This document shows positions 61,360 to 64,000 of a stretch of DNA of 64,000 bases, piece after piece. This stretch comes from Alphaproteobacteria bacterium. GTDB taxonomy: Bacteria > Pseudomonadota > Alphaproteobacteria > GCA-2746255. A program made the translations under genes and the position numbers. The stretch spans positions 32,001-96,000 of the forward strand of contig OZ252220.1 in assembly GCA_965249135.1 (NCBI GenBank). The letters are read 5' to 3'. The notes beneath the pieces were generated by a model. That model did no database searches. It was given only the letters and a program-made list of their open reading frames with translations, and was not told the origin of the DNA. How positions within the stretch are numbered: the stretch's first letter is position 1; each line of letters starts with the position of its first letter.

Positions 61360-63021
61360 ATGACCGATCACCTTACGATTGCCTTAGCCCAGCTTGATCC
61401 GACCGTCGGCGATCTGGCGGGGAATCTCGTGACGATCCACGAGGTTTGCCGTGAGGCTTCCGGGCAGGGAGTCGACCTCGTCGTTGCGAGCGAACTCTTC
61501 GTGACCGGTTATCCGCCGGAGGACCTCGTACTGAAGCCGTCCTTTCAGGATGCGGTTGAGGCGGCCGTGCACGAACTTGCGGCCAATCTTGGCTGTGATG
61601 GGCCCGGTCTTCTCATCGGCACGCCTTGGCGGGAGGGCGATACGCTCTATAACGCGGCACTGCTTTTGGACGAGGGCAGGATCGCAAACACGCGCTTCAA
61701 GCACGACCTTCCGAACTATGGCGTTTTTGATGAGGGTCGGATCTTTTCTTCCGGGCCCACGCCGGGCCCGATGAACTTCCGTGGCGTGCGCCTTGGGGTC
61801 ATGATTTGCGAGGATATGTGGACCTCGGAGGTGACGGAATGCCTGAGCGAGTCGGGCGCCGAAATTCTTGTCGTGCTTAACGGTTCGCCCTTCGATATCG
61901 ACAAGCCGGACCAGCGTTTGAACCTCGCCGTCGCACGCACTGTTGAGTCCGGACTTCCGCTCATTTACGTCAATCAGGTTGGTGGGCAGGACGAGTTGGT
62001 TTTTGATGGCAGTTCCTTCGTTATGGGGCATGACCGCAAGCTCGTCGCGCGCGCGCTGGATTGGCGCGAGGAGGTGATCGTTACCCATTGGCGTCGACAT
62101 GAAGGCGTCTGGCTTTGTGAGTCCGCTCCGATGGCAAAGGAAACGGAGGGAATTGAGGCAATCTACCAGGCGCTTCTGCTCGGGCTTCGCGACTATGTGG
62201 CAAAAAATGGGTTCCCTGGCGTTTTAATCGGCCTTTCCGGTGGGGTCGATTCGGCGCTCACAGCGGCCTTGGCAGTGGATGCGTTGGGGCCGGATCGTGT
62301 GCATGGCGTGCGCATGCCCTCTCCCTATACCTCGGAGGAAAGCCTTGAAGATGCCGAGGTCCTTGCCGGGAATCTTGGTGTTCGTCTTGATACGGTTTCG
62401 ATAGAACCGGCAATGGCGGCCTTTGATTCGATGTTGAAGGATCTGTTCGTCAATCGTCCGGCGGACGAAACCGAGGAAAACGTTCAGGCGCGCGCCCGTG
62501 GCGTGACCCTTATGGCACTCAGCAACAAATTCGGCTATCTCGTACTCAGCACCGGGAACAAGTCGGAAATGTCCGTCGGCTATGCAACGCTTTATGGCGA
62601 CATGGCGGGTGGGTTTGCCGTCCTTAAGGACGTTTATAAGACAACCGTCTACGATTTATGCCGCTGGCGGAATTCGCATTCTCCGGAAGGCCTGCTTGGG
62701 CCGAAGAGAATGGTGATCCCCGAGCGCATTCTCACGAAAGCGCCCTCCGCCGAACTCAAGCCGAACCAGCACGATCAGGACACGCTGCCGCCTTACGACG
62801 TCCTCGACGACGTCCTCACCTGTCTGATCGAAAAGGACATGTCCGTCGAAGAGATCGCCGGCCGTGGCCACGATCGCGATACGGTGAACCGTGTGTGGCG
62901 GATGCTGGATATTGCCGAATACAAACGCCGCCAGGCGCCGCCGGGCGTGAAAATAACTAGTCGTTCCTTCGGCCGCGATCGTCGTTACCCGATCACGAAC
63001 CGCTTCAAGGGGCCGTCATGA
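61360..63021 (+). CDS. nadE: Glutamine-dependent NAD+ synthetase
   Basis: Nitrilase domain (ELF, KHDLPNY, ICED) plus SGGVDS, EYKRRQAPPG. Confidence 0.96.
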   Translation: MTDHLTIALAQLDPTVGDLAGNLVTIHEVCREASGQGVDLVVASELFVTGYPPEDLVLKPSFQDAVEAAVHELAANLGCDGPGLLIGTPWREGDTLYNAALLLDEGRIANTRFKHDLPNYGVFDEGRIFSSGPTPGPMNFRGVRLGVMICEDMWTSEVTECLSESGAEILVVLNGSPFDIDKPDQRLNLAVARTVESGLPLIYVNQVGGQDELVFDGSSFVMGHDRKLVARALDWREEVIVTHWRRHEGVWLCESAPMAKETEGIEAIYQALLLGLRDYVAKNGFPGVLIGLSGGVDSALTAALAVDALGPDRVHGVRMPSPYTSEESLEDAEVLAGNLGVRLDTVSIEPAMAAFDSMLKDLFVNRPADETEENVQARARGVTLMALSNKFGYLVLSTGNKSEMSVGYATLYGDMAGGFAVLKDVYKTTVYDLCRWRNSHSPEGLLGPKRMVIPERILTKAPSAELKPNQHDQDTLPPYDVLDDVLTCLIEKDMSVEEIAGRGHDRDTVNRVWRMLDIAEYKRRQAPPGVKITSRSFGRDRRYPITNRFKGPS

Positions 63022-64000
63022 GTGCGGTGGAGCCTCCCGTCACCGTCCGATTCGCACCGAGTCCAAGCGGCCGATTGCACGTGGGCAACGTTCGTATCGC
63101 CATCCTCAACTGGCTGCTTGCCAAGAAGATAGGTGGTCGCTTCATCCTCAGATTTGATGACACGGACACCGAGCGTGTCCGTGAAAAGTATGTGAGGATG
63201 GCGGAAGAAGACTTGAATTGGCTTAGCCTTGTCTGGGATGAGGAAATTCGCCAGTCGGCGCGGCTTGATCGCTATCGGGCAGCCGCCGAGAAACTAAAGG
63301 CGGCAGAACGACTCTATCCCTGCTACGAAACGCCCGAAGAGCTTGCGCTGAAGCGAAAGGTGCTGCTCTCCCAGGGAAAACCTCCGATTTATGACCGTTC
63401 GGCCTTGCGACTGGACGCGGAGGCCCGCCGTAAGTTCGAAGCGGAAGGCCAAACCCCTCATTGGCGTTTCCTGCTCGAGCCGGGCAAAATTCGCTGGGTG
63501 GATAGCGTTCGCGGTGAAGTGCTTTTCGAGGCGGAGAATTTGAGCGATCCGGTCCTCATTCGTGCCGACGGGACGCCGCTCTTCATTCTTCCCGCCGTCG
63601 TTGATGACATCGAGCTCAAGGTCACGGACGTCCTGCGCGGAGAGGACCACGTGACGAACACGGCGGTGCAGATGCAGATATTCGAAGCGTTGGGAGCAAA
63701 ACCGCCTCGCTTTGCCCATTTGCCGTTACTGACGGATGTTCATGGCAAGGGGCTCTCGAAGCGGAAGGAAAGCCTCGCCATTGTGGGTCTGCGCGAAGAA
63801 GGGTTCGAATCGATGGCCTTAAACAGCTTGCTCGCTTTGATCGGAAGCTCGGACCCCGTCACGCCCTTTGCCTCCCTTGAGGCCTTGCTGCCGAATTTCG
63901 ACTTGCGGAAATTTGCCCGTGCCACCCCGAAGTTCGACCTGGACGAACTCATGAGCGTGAACGCAAAGCTCCTGCACGTATTACCCTTCTCTAAGGTTGC
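63018..64000 (+). CDS. gltX: Glutamate-tRNA ligase, partial (runs off the right edge)
   Basis: Manual translation: MSAVEPPVTVRFAPSPSGRLHVGN..LRFDDTD..RGEDH..GLSKR; ATGA overlap with nadE. Confidence 0.93.
   Translation, partial: MSAVEPPVTVRFAPSPSGRLHVGNVRIAILNWLLAKKIGGRFILRFDDTDTERVREKYVRMAEEDLNWLSLVWDEEIRQSARLDRYRAAAEKLKAAERLYPCYETPEELALKRKVLLSQGKPPIYDRSALRLDAEARRKFEAEGQTPHWRFLLEPGKIRWVDSVRGEVLFEAENLSDPVLIRADGTPLFILPAVVDDIELKVTDVLRGEDHVTNTAVQMQIFEALGAKPPRFAHLPLLTDVHGKGLSKRKESLAIVGLREEGFESMALNSLLALIGSSDPVTPFASLEALLPNFDLRKFARATPKFDLDELMSVNAKLLHVLPFSKV

Overview
A ~60% GC chromosomal segment that looks alphaproteobacterial (Rhodospirillales-like gene order; inferred). From left to right it holds: an SPFH/nfeD pair, with nfeD interrupted near its start by a 2.5-kb IS1595-family element (23-bp TIRs, 8-bp TSD) carrying a DNA methyltransferase and a probable PD-(D/E)xK nuclease; a decayed region with several exact short tandem duplications; an acyl-CoA ligase-ACP-acyltransferase fusion, an MFS transporter, PrpD, a LECT2-like M23 protein and dusA; a full Rrf2-sufBCDSU-sufT-sufA operon; a diguanylate cyclase; an otsB-GH15-otsA-glk trehalose cluster; cysQ and a GST. 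A hopanoid cluster (hpnCDE-shc-hpnG, hpnH-ispH, hpnA, hpnN, hpnM, DUF2141, mlaA-like) then runs directly into a phosphonate/phosphonolipid cluster (PhnY-like dioxygenase, CDP-alcohol phosphotransferases, AEP transaminase, Ppd, PepM-NTP transferase, cytidylyltransferase, FkbM). Next is an integrase-less 4.4-kb islet in tRNA-Val(CAC), with a 45-bp att duplication and matching palindromes at both ends, carrying a cytidylyltransferase, a phospho-base methyltransferase-like gene and a CDP-alcohol phosphotransferase. The window ends with gph-glmU-glmS, an AT-rich single-gene insertion bounded by a 12-bp duplication of the glmS 3' end, gor, class II DAHP synthase, nadE and a partial gltX. The most promising candidate new system is the hopanoid-linked (hydroxy/N-methyl) aminoethylphosphonate lipid pathway with its mobile head-group-modifying cassette. 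All product calls come from motif recognition only; no database searches were run.
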